Shown here one piece after another: positions 40,417-53,896 of a DNA stretch of 64,000 nt. How positions within the stretch are numbered: the stretch's first letter is position 1; every line of letters begins with the position of its first letter. Both the position numbers and the translations under genes were made by a program. A model generated the notes under the pieces. That model was not told the origin of the DNA and searched no databases. It saw nothing but the letters and a program-made list of their open reading frames with translations. Origin of the DNA: Eledone cirrhosa (Eukaryota); contig OZ024743.1 of NCBI GenBank assembly GCA_964016885.1, forward strand, positions 205,282,001-205,346,000. The letters are read 5' to 3'.

Positions 40417-42193
40417 ATATTTATTAAAATAACAGATTAAAGTTTAAGCAAAGAATCGCTGCTTTCACCCTTAACGGGATCTTCTGAAACTAACAAAGTC
40501 AATCTGTAAACGCAGAAGTGGATATTTCAAAAAACGTTGCAACCGGAGGAAGACAGGAAGATGATACTTTGGTTCGTGGAAACGTTCGCTGGCAAAGAAC
40601 GGGAAAAAACGAATAAGATACGTCATTAATAGGAGCGGTGAAAAACAATTACGCGCAAAGACAGAACCACGTTTATGGTATAAAAGTGGTCGTAGACTAA
40701 TGTTCTCTTAGGTGGTTCATAGAGACGTTCTCTGGCAATGAACGAAAAAAACGAAGATAAAACGTCATATGTGGAGCGTGGGGAACAATAGCACGCAAAG
40801 ACAAAACCACGTAAATGGTATAGCAGAAGTCGTAGACTAAAATTCTAACTAGGAGACCGAATGAATCTCCGCTACAGAGTTAAGAACAAAGTAAATAAAT
40901 ACAATACAGAAGTAATAGAAATAAATAAATACATACCCGCAAACAAATACGTACATACACAAGCATACGCAAAACACTTACCATAGGTGTACAAAACCAC
41001 GCACATATAAATATGTGTGTGTGTATGCGTGTATACAAATAAATAAATAATTAAATAAACGTATATAAATAAATAAATACGTATATAACAAGCGCACACA
41101 CATACCTACATGTTAATACACGAATGTTCGGAGACGTAAGTCAACCAAAACATGAAATACACATATACACACACCCTACATACGTACGAACCTGCATACT
41201 CACACAGACGCAAAACTCCCGTATACACATAGCCAAACCATATGTACCAAACCATAATTTTTTAATTTTTTTTATTCTGGTACATATGGTTTGGCTATGT
41301 GTATACGGGAGTTTTGCGTCTGTGTGAGTATGCAGGTTCGTACGTATGTAGGGTGTGTGTATATGTGTACTTCATGTTTTGGTTGACTTACATCTCCGAA
41401 CATTCGTGTATTTACATGTAGGTATGTGTGTACGCTTGTTATATACGTATTTATTTATTTATATACGTTTATTTAATTATTTATTTATTTGTATACACGC
41501 ATACACACACACATATTTATATGTGCGTGGTTTTGTATACCTATGGTAAGTGTTTTGCGTATGCTTGTGTATGTATGTATTTGTTTGCGGGTATGTATTT
41601 ATTTATTTCTATTACTTCTGTATTGTATTTATTTACTTTGTTCTTAACTCTGTAGCGGAGATTCATTTGGTCTCCTAGTTAGAATTTTAGTCTACGACTT
41701 CTGCTATACCATTTACGTGGTTTTGTCTTTGCGTGCTATTGTTCTCCACGCTCCACATATGATGTATTATCTTCGTTTTTTTCGTTCATTGCCAGAGAAC
41801 GTCTCTATGAACCACCTAAGAGAACATTAGTCTACGACTTCTTTTATACCATAAACGTGGTTCTGTCTTTGCGAGTAATTGTTTTTCACCGCTCCTATTA
41901 ATGACGTATCTTATTCGTTTTTTCCCGTTCTTTGCCAGCGAACGTTTCCACGAACCAAAGTATCGTCTTCCTGTCTTCCTCCGGTTGCAACGTTTTTTGA
42001 AATATCCACTTCTGCGTTTACAGATTGACTTTGTTAGTTTCAGAAGATCCCGTTAAGGGTGAAAGCAGCGATTCTTTGCTTAAACTTTAATCTGTTATTT
42101 TAATAAATATTTGCTCTACGGTTCTTATATATTTGATATATATTTATCCTTATCGAGCCCTCTTTGGATTTTAGTCTTGAAATTTATTATTAT

Positions 42194-42195
<2 letters not shown>
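40417..42195 (+). mobile_element. Penelope-like non-coding element forming an 833-bp-arm inverted repeat
   Basis: Arms 40417-41249 and 41278-42110, 28-bp spacer; hammerhead-like motif at 42036-42086 (mirror 40441-40491); (TA)n on both sides. Confidence 0.7.
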
Positions 42196-42239
<44 letters not shown>

Positions 42240-42346
42240 CGAAGGAAATGTGGTAAGGAACCAGGTGGACCATAACTCACCAAAGTACTCAATACTTAGG
42301 GTAGTAGAGTGGGTAATTTGTTCCTATATATATATATGTATATATG

Positions 42347-42383
<37 letters not shown>

Positions 42384-42459
42384 GTATACATGTACATGTA
42401 TATATATATATGTATATATATAAATGTATATATATATATATGTGTATATATGTATATAT

Positions 42460-43062
42460 ATACGTGAACGACAAAGCATAAATGAATTGAGAGAGAGACT
42501 GAGCATAAGAGGAATCAAATGCTGTGTGCAGGAGAGGCGGTTGCGCTGGTATGGACATGTGATGCGTATGAAGGATGACAGCTGCATAAAAAGGTGCAGA
42601 GCACTAGAAGTTGATGGAAACCGCGGAGTGGGGAGACCCAAGATGACCTGGGATGAGGTGATAAAAGCCGACCTTACCCAATTACACCTCTCAAAGGCAA
42701 TGACACACGACCGTGACTTCTAGCGTCACGCAGTAATACAGAGTACCCGACCTCCCATGGGTACAAGCTGAAGCATATAGACAATATGCCCCCCCCCCTC
42801 CACCGCAAGGTGGTCGTGGAGGTGCCACGGCAAAAAAGCACCCAGCCCACACTGTAAAGTGGACGTGTAGGCGCCACGAAAAAGCACCCAGCACTCACTG
42901 TAAATGAGGTTGGTGTTAGGAAGGGCATCTAGCTGTAGAAATCAAGCCAGATCAGTTCCTGTATGCGCAAGGCATGGTCAGCCGACCAGACACTGCCCAC
43001 AACAAGACAACCCGTCTAACCCATGCTAGCGTGGAAGAACGGACGTAAAACGGTGATGATGA
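42460..43062 (+). mobile_element. RTE 3' fragment
   Basis: [14 protein letters not shown]...[13 protein letters not shown]...; RTE tail with (GAT)n. Confidence 0.88.
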
Positions 43063-43277
43063 TATATGTATATATATAAATGTATATTTGTTTTGCAAGG
43101 TTTTTGATATGAAATCGTGTGTCGAAACAAATATTGTTATACTTGGGGAGGGTCATATTGTTGTAATAATATTGCCAGAATTAATAACAGAACACACTCA
43201 CTGTTTGGCTGGTTTTCGCTTCTGTATATTTTATATCTACATAGTTAATTCATTTGGCAATCAATGATTGATTGACC

Positions 43278-43781
43278 AACGGTCAAAAATACAGATATAA
43301 ATACATATATATAATCTAACAAAGTTCTTTCGCTGCACATCTGCAACATCATCAGTGGTACTATTATCACGTTTCCCTTGCTGTATTGTATGTATTGTAA
43401 TGTCTACGCAAATTTTTATTTATCTACTTATTTATTTATTTTTGTCCTCATCTCTGCGCATGCGTTTGCATGTGTGTATAGTGTTTGGTGTGTGTGTTCG
43501 CGTTTGGGTGACTGTTGTCATTGTTGTAATAATATTGCCAGAAATAATAACAGAACACACTCACACACACACCAAACTCTATACACAGACACAAATGCAT
43601 GCTCAGAGACGAGGACAAAAATAAATAAATAAATAGTTAAATAAAAATGGCGTAGACATTATAATACATACAATACAGCAGGGGAAACATGATAATAGTA
43701 CCACTGATGATGTTGCAGATGTGCAATGAAAGAACTTTGTTAGACTATATATATGTATTTATATCTGTATTTTTGACTGTT
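43278..43781. repeat. About 220-bp-arm inverted repeat with degenerate hammerhead motif (Penelope-like)
   Basis: Arms about 43278-43497 and 43563-43781; CTGATGA-stem-GAAA at 43704-43731 and its mirror. Confidence 0.7.
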
Positions 43782-43784
43782 TTG

Positions 43785-44940
43785 ACTGTTAACTGGTTGA
43801 AGTCCTTCATTCTCAGTCGAAGAGAGGTAGTCATGGTTCTAGGACAGCATTCCTCACCATATGAGATGTCATCTGGTGTACCACAGGGATCTGTTCTTGG
43901 CCCCTTTTTGTTTGTGGAATATATTAATGACATAGATGCCAACTTAAAGAATGCCACAGTACTGAAATATGCAGATGACATCAAGCTGTACCTTGAGATA
44001 AAAAGGACAGATCCTGAACACTATAGATCTTGCTTGCAGTCTGACCTGGACACAATGCAACAATGGATTACAGACTGGCAACTCAAGCTGGCTGTGGACA
44101 AGTGTACCACCATGCATTTTGGGAGTAAAAACCCAGCGTCCACATACTCCCTTCACAACACTAATATCAAGAAGTCTTCTTGCGAACGTGATCTGGGCAT
44201 TACTGTCAGCAGCGATTTGTGTTGGACGAAGCACGTCTCTAAAATTGTCAAGAGGGTTGAGGGTGTCTTAGCATCACTCAGCAAGACCTTTGTCAGCCAC
44301 TCTCCAGCTATCTATTTAAAGCTGTATATAGCTATGGTGCGGCCACACTTAGAATTTGCATCACCAGTCTGGAACCCTTATCTTGCTCAGAACATTGACC
44401 GCCTGGAAACTGTTCAGAGACGTGTGACCAAGCGAATACTCTCCATCAGGCATCTACCATACTCTGAATGCCTTGCTTCCCTGGGCATAGATACATTGAA
44501 TCTCCGACGTCTGGCAACTGATTTGGTAAACACCCACAAAACTATTAACCATCTTGCCAACAACAACCCTGAGTACCTTTTTGATTTCCACGTGTCTAAC
44601 ACACGTGGGCATGCCTACAAAGTCGGAAAACAGCACAGCTCCCATGACTTTCAGATACATTTTTTCACACTCAGAGTTGCTGAAGCATGGAACAAACTCC
44701 CTGCATCAGTTGTTAGCTGTTGAGACACTGCATCCTTTAAAACCTCTATGCTTCCTGAGATTCGCCAACACTACACCTAATATTCCCCCTCCATACACAC
44801 GCACACATGTATATCATGACTCATACACTATTCACTTCCCTGATATTTGTATATTATTCTATGTACTATACATGCACCTTTGATGAGTTGGAGTGCACCT
44901 GAGCACTGTACACAATAATTTCATTATTATTCATTATTAT
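43785..44940 (+). mobile_element. 5'-truncated CR1-clade LINE
   Basis: SGVPQGSVLGP, YINDI, YADD, VRPHLEFASPVWNPY, TRGH, WNKLP; (ATT)n tail. Confidence 0.92.
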
Positions 44941-44945
44941 ATCTG

Positions 44946-45001
<56 letters not shown>

Positions 45002-45472
45002 AAATATATATATATTCCTCACTGTAAATGTGGTTGGTGTTAGGAAGGGCATCCAGCCGTAGAAAACCTGCCAGATAGTCCTAAATGAGCGAGACACGGT
45101 CACCCGACCAGCCTTGCCTCAAGTGGGACAACTCCCGTTTAACCTATGCTAGCGTGGAAGATGGACGTTAAACGAAGATGACGATGATGATGTATATATA
45201 TATATTTAAATGAGAAAATGAGATCGAAATCGTGTAGGTGTCACGACAAAAAACACACAGTCCACACTGTAATGTGGTCGTGTAGGTAACACAGTAAAAA
45301 GTTCCCAGTTCACACTGTAAATGTGGTTGGTGTTAGGAAGGGCATCCAGCCGTAGAAAACCTGCCAGATAGTCCTATCTGAGCGAGACACGGTCACTTGA
45401 CCAGCCTTGCCTCAAATTTGGGACAACTCCCGCCTAACCCATGCTAGCGTGGAAGATGGACGTTAAACGATG

Positions 45473-45506
<34 letters not shown>

Positions 45507-45590
45507 CGCACACATACATATATATATATATATACACATGTATATATATATATACACATGTATATATATATATATACATATATATATATG

Positions 45591-45646
<56 letters not shown>

Positions 45647-45744
45647 TATGTTAAAATAAAAAAATAATTATATGAGAAATAAAAAAAACCCAGCCCAAAT
45701 AAGCAATTACCTTAGAATGGAGACCTACTTTTTGTTTTTGTTTT

Positions 45745-45910
45745 CGGCGGAAGGTTATACGGTGTAGTGTTGTAGGTCTGGTACGTCAATGTGCGTGATT
45801 AGGAAGAGAAGGAGAAACCTGCTTGACATTTCTTTTAGTTGATGTAGCAGAAGCTTGCTGATATGGCAGCGGCAACTTGTTACACACGTTCCGCTCCTAA
45901 CCCGCGGTTA
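45745..45910. promoter_or_regulatory. Candidate promoter region
   Basis: Non-repetitive, locally CpG-richer segment with GGCGGAAG (ETS-like), TACGTCA (CRE-like) and ATATGGCAGCGGC (YY1-like) about 300-450 bp upstream of the candidate first exon. Confidence 0.3.
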
Positions 45911-46105
45911 TTTAATCTACACACTACAACAATAACAACGATTTTGTTGAGTTGGTGGCACCAGTAAACCAAATATTGTGCCAAGAAACGTACACAAACG
46001 CATACAAACAGACAGACACACAAACTTACAGACACATACACACAAAAGAGAAAAAGCTATTCATAAAACAACAACAAAAAACACCAACAACAGGACAAGT
46101 TGTTG

Positions 46106-46137
<32 letters not shown>

Positions 46138-46198
46138 TACCGTGTGACCGTCGTCAGTGCTTTATACATATATATTACAGTCTACCTTCACTATCAAG

Positions 46199-46267
46199 AT
46201 GGGTGGTGGAAGGTGTTCATTATCGCCGACTAACACGGCAATAATGATTATTTTTGCCCTACAGCTG
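46199..46267 (+). CDS. NKAIN: Probable first coding exon of an NKAIN-family (Na,K-ATPase interacting) gene
   Basis: AAG-ATG-G start context, MGGGRCSLSPTNTAIMIIFALQL, phase-0 donor CTG|GTAAGT; resembles the MG.C...hydrophobic..LQL first exon of vertebrate NKAIN genes; exon 2 not found in the window. Confidence 0.5.
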
Positions 46268-46639
46268 GTAAGTTGGCACATATTTATTTATTTTGTTTCA
46301 CTAAAAAATATAAAATGTCTTTTCAGTATTTCATTTTAGATTTTTATTATATGTATTGTTTATCTCGACTTGAAACAAACACTCAAAATAACCCTCGTCT
46401 TCACTCAATGTTGACCCCCCCACACTTGGTTTCTTTCTTGTCTTAAAAAGGTGTGGTGGTAACAACAGTCACCCATGACTGTTATTATTGTCAGACTGTT
46501 GGTTTAACAAAATATAACAAATTTGACTATTTTCTTTTCCCTGTATAGTCTCTGTTGTTTTCCTATTCGTCCCACCTCCTATCTTACTAATTACTAATTC
46601 ATTAGGATAACACACGCGTACACGTGTTTGTATTGTAGG

Positions 46640-46673
<34 letters not shown>

Positions 46674-46784
46674 TATATAGTTCAAGAATCCACGAGACAA
46701 ACAAACAGATACAAAAACAGTCTTATTAGGTTCACGCTTGTGACTGTGAGTCGCCCTTAGTCCGTCTGCTTGTGTGTGTGTGTA

Positions 46785-46819
46785 TATACTGTGTATATTA
46801 TATATATATATATACTGTG

Positions 46820-46859
<40 letters not shown>

Positions 46860-49800
46860 TGTGTATATTATATATATATATATATATACTGTGTATATTA
46901 TATATATATATATATATACTGTGTATATTATATATATATATATATATATACTGTGTATATTATATATATATATATATATACTGTGTATATTATATATATA
47001 TATATATATACTGTGTATATTATATATATATATATATATACTGTGTATATTATATATATATATATATATACTGTGTATATTATATATATATATATATATA
47101 TACTGTGTATATTATATATATATATATATATATACTGTGTATATTATATATATATATATATACTGTGTATATTATATATATATATATATACTGTGTATAT
47201 TATATATATATATATATACTGTGTATATTATATATATATATATATACTGTGTATATTATATATATATATATATACTGTGTATATTATATATATATATATA
47301 TACTGTGTATATTATATATATATATATATATATATACTGTGTATATTATATATATATATATACTGTGTATATTATATATATATATATACTGTGTATATTA
47401 TATATATATATATACTGTGTATATTATATATATATATATACTGTGTATATTATATATATATATACTGTGTATATTATATATATATATATATACTGTGTAT
47501 ATTATATATATATATATATACTGTGTATATTATATATATATATATATACTGTGTATATTATATATATATATATATACTGTGTATATTATATATATATATA
47601 TATACTGTGTATATTATATATATATATATACTGTGTATATTATATATATATATATATACTGTGTATATTATATATATATATATATACTGTGTATATTATA
47701 TATATATATATATACTGTGTATATTATATATATATATACTGTGTATATTATATATATATATATATACTGTGTATATTATATATATATATATATACTGTGT
47801 ATATTATATATATATATATATATACTGTGTATATTATATATATATATATATACTGTGTATATTATATATATATATATATACTGTGTATATTATATATATA
47901 TATACTGTGTATATTATATATATATATATATACTGTGTATATTATATATATATATATATACTGTGTATATTATATATATATATATATATACTGTGTATAT
48001 TATATATATATATATATATACTGTGTATATTATATATATATATATATATACTGTGTATATTATATATATATATACTGTGTATATTATATATATATATATA
48101 TATACTGTGTATATTATATATATATATATATACTGTGTATATTATATATATATATATATACTGTGTATATTATATATATATATATATACTGTGTATATTA
48201 TATATATATATATATACTGTGTATATTATATATATATATATATACTGTGTATATTATATATATATATATATACTGTGTATATTATATATATATATATATA
48301 CTGTGTATATTATATATATATATATATACTGTGTATATTATATATATATATATATACTGTGTATATTATATATATATATATATACTGTGTATATTATATA
48401 TATATATATATACTGTGTATATTATATATATATATATATACTGTGTATATTATATATATATATATATACTGTGTATATTATATATATATATATATACTGT
48501 GTATATTATATATATATATATATACTGTGTATATTATATATATATACTGTGTATATTATATATATATACTGTGTATATTATATATATATACTGTGTATAT
48601 TATATATATATACTGTGTATATTATATATATATATATATACTGTGTATATTATATATATATATATATATACTGTGTATATTATATATATATATATACTGT
48701 GTATATTATATATATATATATACTGTGTATATTATATATATATACTGTGTATATTATATATATATACTGTGTATATTATATATATATATACTGTGTATAT
48801 TATATATATATATACTGTGTATATTATATATATATACTGTGTATATTATATATATATACTGTGTATATTATATATATATATATACTGTGTATATTATATA
48901 TATATATATACTGTGTATATTATATATATATATATACTGTGTATATTATATATATATATATACTGTGTATATTATATATATATATATACTGTGTATATTA
49001 TATATATATATATACTGTGTATATTATATATATATATATACTGTGTATATTATATATATATATATATACTGTGTATATTATATATATATATATATATACT
49101 GTGTATATTATATATATATATATATATACTGTGTATATTATATATATATATATATATATACTGTGTATATTATATATATATATATATATACTGTGTATAT
49201 TATATATATATATATATATATATACTGTGTATATTATATATATATATATATATATATACTGTGTATATTATATATATATATATATATACTGTGTATATTA
49301 TATATATATATATATATACTGTGTATATTATATATATATATATATATACTGTGTATATTATATATATATATATATATACTGTGTATATTATATATATATA
49401 TATATATACTGTGTATATTATATATATATATATATATACTGTGTATATTATATATATATATATATATACTGTGTATATTATATATATATATATATATACT
49501 GTGTATATTATATATATATATATATATACTGTGTATATTATATATATATATATATATACTGTGTATATTATATATATATATATATATACTGTGTATATTA
49601 TATATATATATATATATACTGTGTATATTATATATATATATATATATACTGTGTATATTATATATATATATATATATACTGTGTATATTATATATATATA
49701 TATATATACTGTGTATATATATATATATATATACTGTGTATATTATATATATATATATACTGTGTATATTATATATATATATATACTGTGTATATTATAT

Positions 49801-49908
49801 ATATATATATACTGTGTATATTATATATATATATATACTGTGTATATTATATATATATATATATATATATACTGTGTATATTATATATATATATATATAT
49901 ATACTGTG

Positions 49909-49939
<31 letters not shown>

Positions 49940-49970
49940 CTGTGTATATTATATATATATATATACTGTG

Positions 49971-50018
<48 letters not shown>

Positions 50019-50022
50019 TGTG

Positions 50023-50060
<38 letters not shown>

Positions 50061-50064
50061 TGTG

Positions 50065-50102
<38 letters not shown>

Positions 50103-50106
50103 TGTG

Positions 50107-50144
<38 letters not shown>

Positions 50145-50148
50145 TGTG

Positions 50149-50179
<31 letters not shown>

Positions 50180-50184
50180 CTGTG

Positions 50185-50228
<44 letters not shown>

Positions 50229-50232
50229 TGTG

Positions 50233-50272
<40 letters not shown>

Positions 50273-50534
50273 TGTGTATATTATATATATATATATATAT
50301 ACTGTGTATATTATATATATATATATATATACTGTGTATATTATATATATATATATATATACTGTGTATATTATATATATATATATATATATACTGTGTA
50401 TATTATATATATATATATATATATACTGTGTATATTATATATATATATATATATATACTGTGTATATTATATATATATATATATATATACTGTGTATATT
50501 ATGTATATTATATATATATATACTGTATATTATG

Positions 50535-50575
<41 letters not shown>
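46785..50575. repeat. About 3.8-kb compound satellite CTGTGTATATTA(TA)n
   Basis: Well over 100 units with variable TA length. Confidence 0.98.
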
Positions 50576-50578
<3 letters not shown>

Positions 50579-51326
50579 CAGTCCCCCCCCCCCCCAAAGA
50601 AAATGTATACACACTTCAGCATTCTAATCGAAATATGTATACATTTTTGGGGGCCAACCTGTGTAAATATATATGGCTTGTATGTTCCGCCCATAAACAA
50701 CCTTTTACACATTCTCAATACAAATGTTATTCTTACAACTAAATCTTCATTCAATCTGTCTTTCCTTCCGAAACAAACACAATTATAACGGACACACTAT
50801 TTCATTTTACCAATCACCGTGACATGGTTTCAATCCTGGTCGAAACAGTTTCACTTGACTCAGTAATACTCTTAAAGAGAGGCATGAATGCCACACAACC
50901 TCACTTTCCTCTATAATTCTGAAATTGTTCCTTTGTAAATTACTACTAATATCGTATCTTTTTCAACAAGTGTTTGTGGATGTGAAGTTGTGACGTTCAT
51001 GTACTGCTCACCAAGGAATTTAAAGATTTTTTTTTTTTTGTTTAAGGGGCTAGAAAAACTATATCTACTTTATTTAAATAGTAAAGAGATTAAGAAAACG
51101 AACATTTAACATGTAATGTTTAAGTTAGATTTAATGTTAAATAATTGTTTCAAATGGGAAGAATCAAGTGTCTAATAGATTTTATTTTAAACCATATTTC
51201 TGGTTATGGGAAAAGCATCAATGTCACACAATCTCGTTAATACCTGGTTTGTCAAACGGATCCATATTTTTTTCCGAACAGGTCCTCCGCTTTCTCTGTC
51301 TCTCTTTCTCGTAACTTCATCGTTTT

Positions 51327-51388
<62 letters not shown>

Positions 51389-51392
<4 letters not shown>

Positions 51393-51585
51393 TTAATATA
51401 GAAGAGATTCTACAGGACTAGAACTGTTTCATTCATTAGAAATCATCAGGAGATTCCTGATGATTTCTAATGAATGAAACAGTTCTAGTCCTGTAGAATC
51501 TCTTCTATATTAAAACTGTTATACTCTGCTATGTATTGAGTACCTTACTTACTGTGGTTACCTCCGATTCAACCCGGAATAACAT
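51389..51585 (+). mobile_element. Penelope-like terminal fragment with perfect 63-bp fold-back
   Basis: Arms 51389-51451 and 51455-51517, 3-nt spacer; in (TA)n; contains a hammerhead. Confidence 0.7.
51448..51504 (+). ncRNA. Type I hammerhead ribozyme motif
   Basis: Stem I GAGAUUC/GAAUCUC, CUGAUGA, U-UUC-UAAU-GAA-U, GAAA, stem III ACAG/CUGU, site GUA (after 51495). Confidence 0.75.
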
Positions 51586-51762
51586 ATATATATATATATA
51601 TATATATGATTAAAATACTAGAGTGCATTGGAGTTAAACACACTCGTCGTATTAGAGAAATGACAGTATAGGATATAGCTCAATGTAATTTTATAATTTT
51701 TAATTTTTATAATGTTTTATAATTTTTTTTATTTTTTATTTTTATAATTTTTATAATTTATA

Positions 51763-51797
<35 letters not shown>

Positions 51798-52346
51798 TTA
51801 AGGCCAGTTACTACAGCGGCGCCATACCAGGTATATACACTTCGTTGGTCCCGAGGATCAACTTGTTCAAACTGTGCCAATGAAAATGAACCGTATATCG
51901 GTGTCTGAGGGTCCAACAGTTTTCTCAGTTCATTGTGTGTGTGTGTGATAAGAGATCTAAGGCAGCATTTACGTTAGAGACGTTATAGAAAATATTTTTC
52001 TTTTTATATTCCTTTGTTGAATATTTTCCTTGTTATGAAGCCGAGAGAGAGACACACCAGACACACCAGACACACTACACTCTCTTTCTCTTACACACAC
52101 TACCTGTATTTCACTACTAAGTTATATCTAGTATACAGAACTACAGTAATTGGAATGACACCGAATAGTTTAATGGACAATCTCCCTTCTTTTCTCTACT
52201 TCCCCATATAGCTAGATCTGCCCGTTCTTTAACCCTTCCCCAATTTCTCATTACTTAATTTTACTTTTATCTTTCTTTCTCTTATTTATTTATCTTTTGA
52301 AAATAAAATTAGAGTTTTATCTCCCTTATTGTTTTTCTTTTCCGCC

Positions 52347-53896
52347 CACCCCATGTTGAGCAGGTAGTCCCTTACCTAGACACCACATCTCACCCCATGT
52401 TGAGCTGGTAGTCAGGCAGTCCCTTACCTAGACACCACATCTCACCCCATGTTGAGCTGGTAGTCAAGCAGTCCCTTACCTAGACACCACATCTCACCCC
52501 ACGTTGAGCTAGTAGTCAGGCAGTCCCTTACCTAGACACCACATCTCACCTCATGTTGAGCTGGTAGTCAAGCAGTCCCTTACCTAGACACCACATCTCA
52601 CCCATGTAGAGCTAGTAGTCAGGCAGTCCCTTACCTAGACACCACATCTCACCCCATGTAGAGCTAGTAGTCAGGCAGTCCTTTACCTAGACACCACATC
52701 TCACCCCATGTAGAGCTGGTAGTCAAGCAGTCCCTTACCTAGACACCACATCTCACCCCATGTAGAGCTAGTAGTCAGGCAGTCCCTTACCTAGACACCA
52801 CATCTCACCCCATGTAGAGCTAGTAGTCAGGCAGTCCCTTACCTAGACACCACATCTCACCCCATGTAGAGCTAGTAGTCAGGCAGTCCCTTACCTAGAC
52901 ACCACATCTCACCCCATGTAGAGCTGGTAGTCAGGTAGTCCCTTACCTAGACACCACATCTCACCCCATGTAGAGCTGGTAGTCAGGCAGTCCCTTACCT
53001 AGACACCACATCTCACCTCATGTTGAGCTGGTAGTCAAGCAGTCCCTTACCTAGACACCACATCTCACCTCATGTAGAGCTGGTAGTCAGGCAGTCCCTT
53101 ACCTAGACACCACATCTCACCTCATGTAGAGCTGGTAGTCAGGTAGTCCCTTACCTAGACACCACATCTCACCCCATGTAGAGCTGGTAGTCGGGCAGTC
53201 CCTTACCTAGACACCACATCTCACCTCATGTAGAGCTGGCAGTCAGGCAGTCCCTTACCTAGACACCACATCTCACCCCACGTTGAGCTGGTAGTCAGGT
53301 AGTCCCTTACCTAGACACCACATCTCACCTCATGTAGAGCTGGTAGTCAGGTAGTCCCTTACCTAGACACCACATCTCACCCCATGTAGAGCTGGTAGTC
53401 AGGTAGTCCCTTACCTAGACACCACATCTCACCCCATGTTGAGCTGATTAGTCAGGTAGTCCCTTACCTAGACACCACATCTCACCTCATGTAGAGCTGG
53501 CAGTCAGGCAGTCCCTTACCTAGACACCACATCTCACCCCACGTTGAGCTGGTAGTCAGGTAGTCCCTTACCTAGATACCACATCTCACCCCACGTTGAG
53601 CTGGTAGTCAGGTAGTCCCTTACCTAGACACCACATCTCACCTCATGTTGAGCTGATTAGTCAGGTAGTCCCTTACCTAGACACCACATCTCACCCCATG
53701 TTGAGCTGGTAGTCAGGTAGTCCCTTACCTAGACACCACATCTCACCTCATGTTGAGCTGATTAGTCAGGTAGTCCCTTACCTAGACACCACATCTCACC
53801 CCATGTTGAGCTGGTAGTCAGGCAGTCCCCCACCTAGACACCACATCTCACCTCATGTTGAGCTGGTAGTCAGGCAGTCCCTTACCTAGACACCAC
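52347..53896. repeat. 52-bp minisatellite, about 30 copies
   Basis: Unit CCCCATGTAGAGCTGGTAGTCAGGCAGTCCCTTACCTAGACACCACATCTCA. Confidence 0.97.

Noticed and set aside
46770-50788. Three ORFs longer than 1200 aa
   Set aside because: Translations of the TA/TG satellite (Y, I, C, V, T, L only)
52347-53896. CRISPR-like array
   Set aside because: No unique spacers, no cas genes, eukaryotic context; the same applies to 8890-9596
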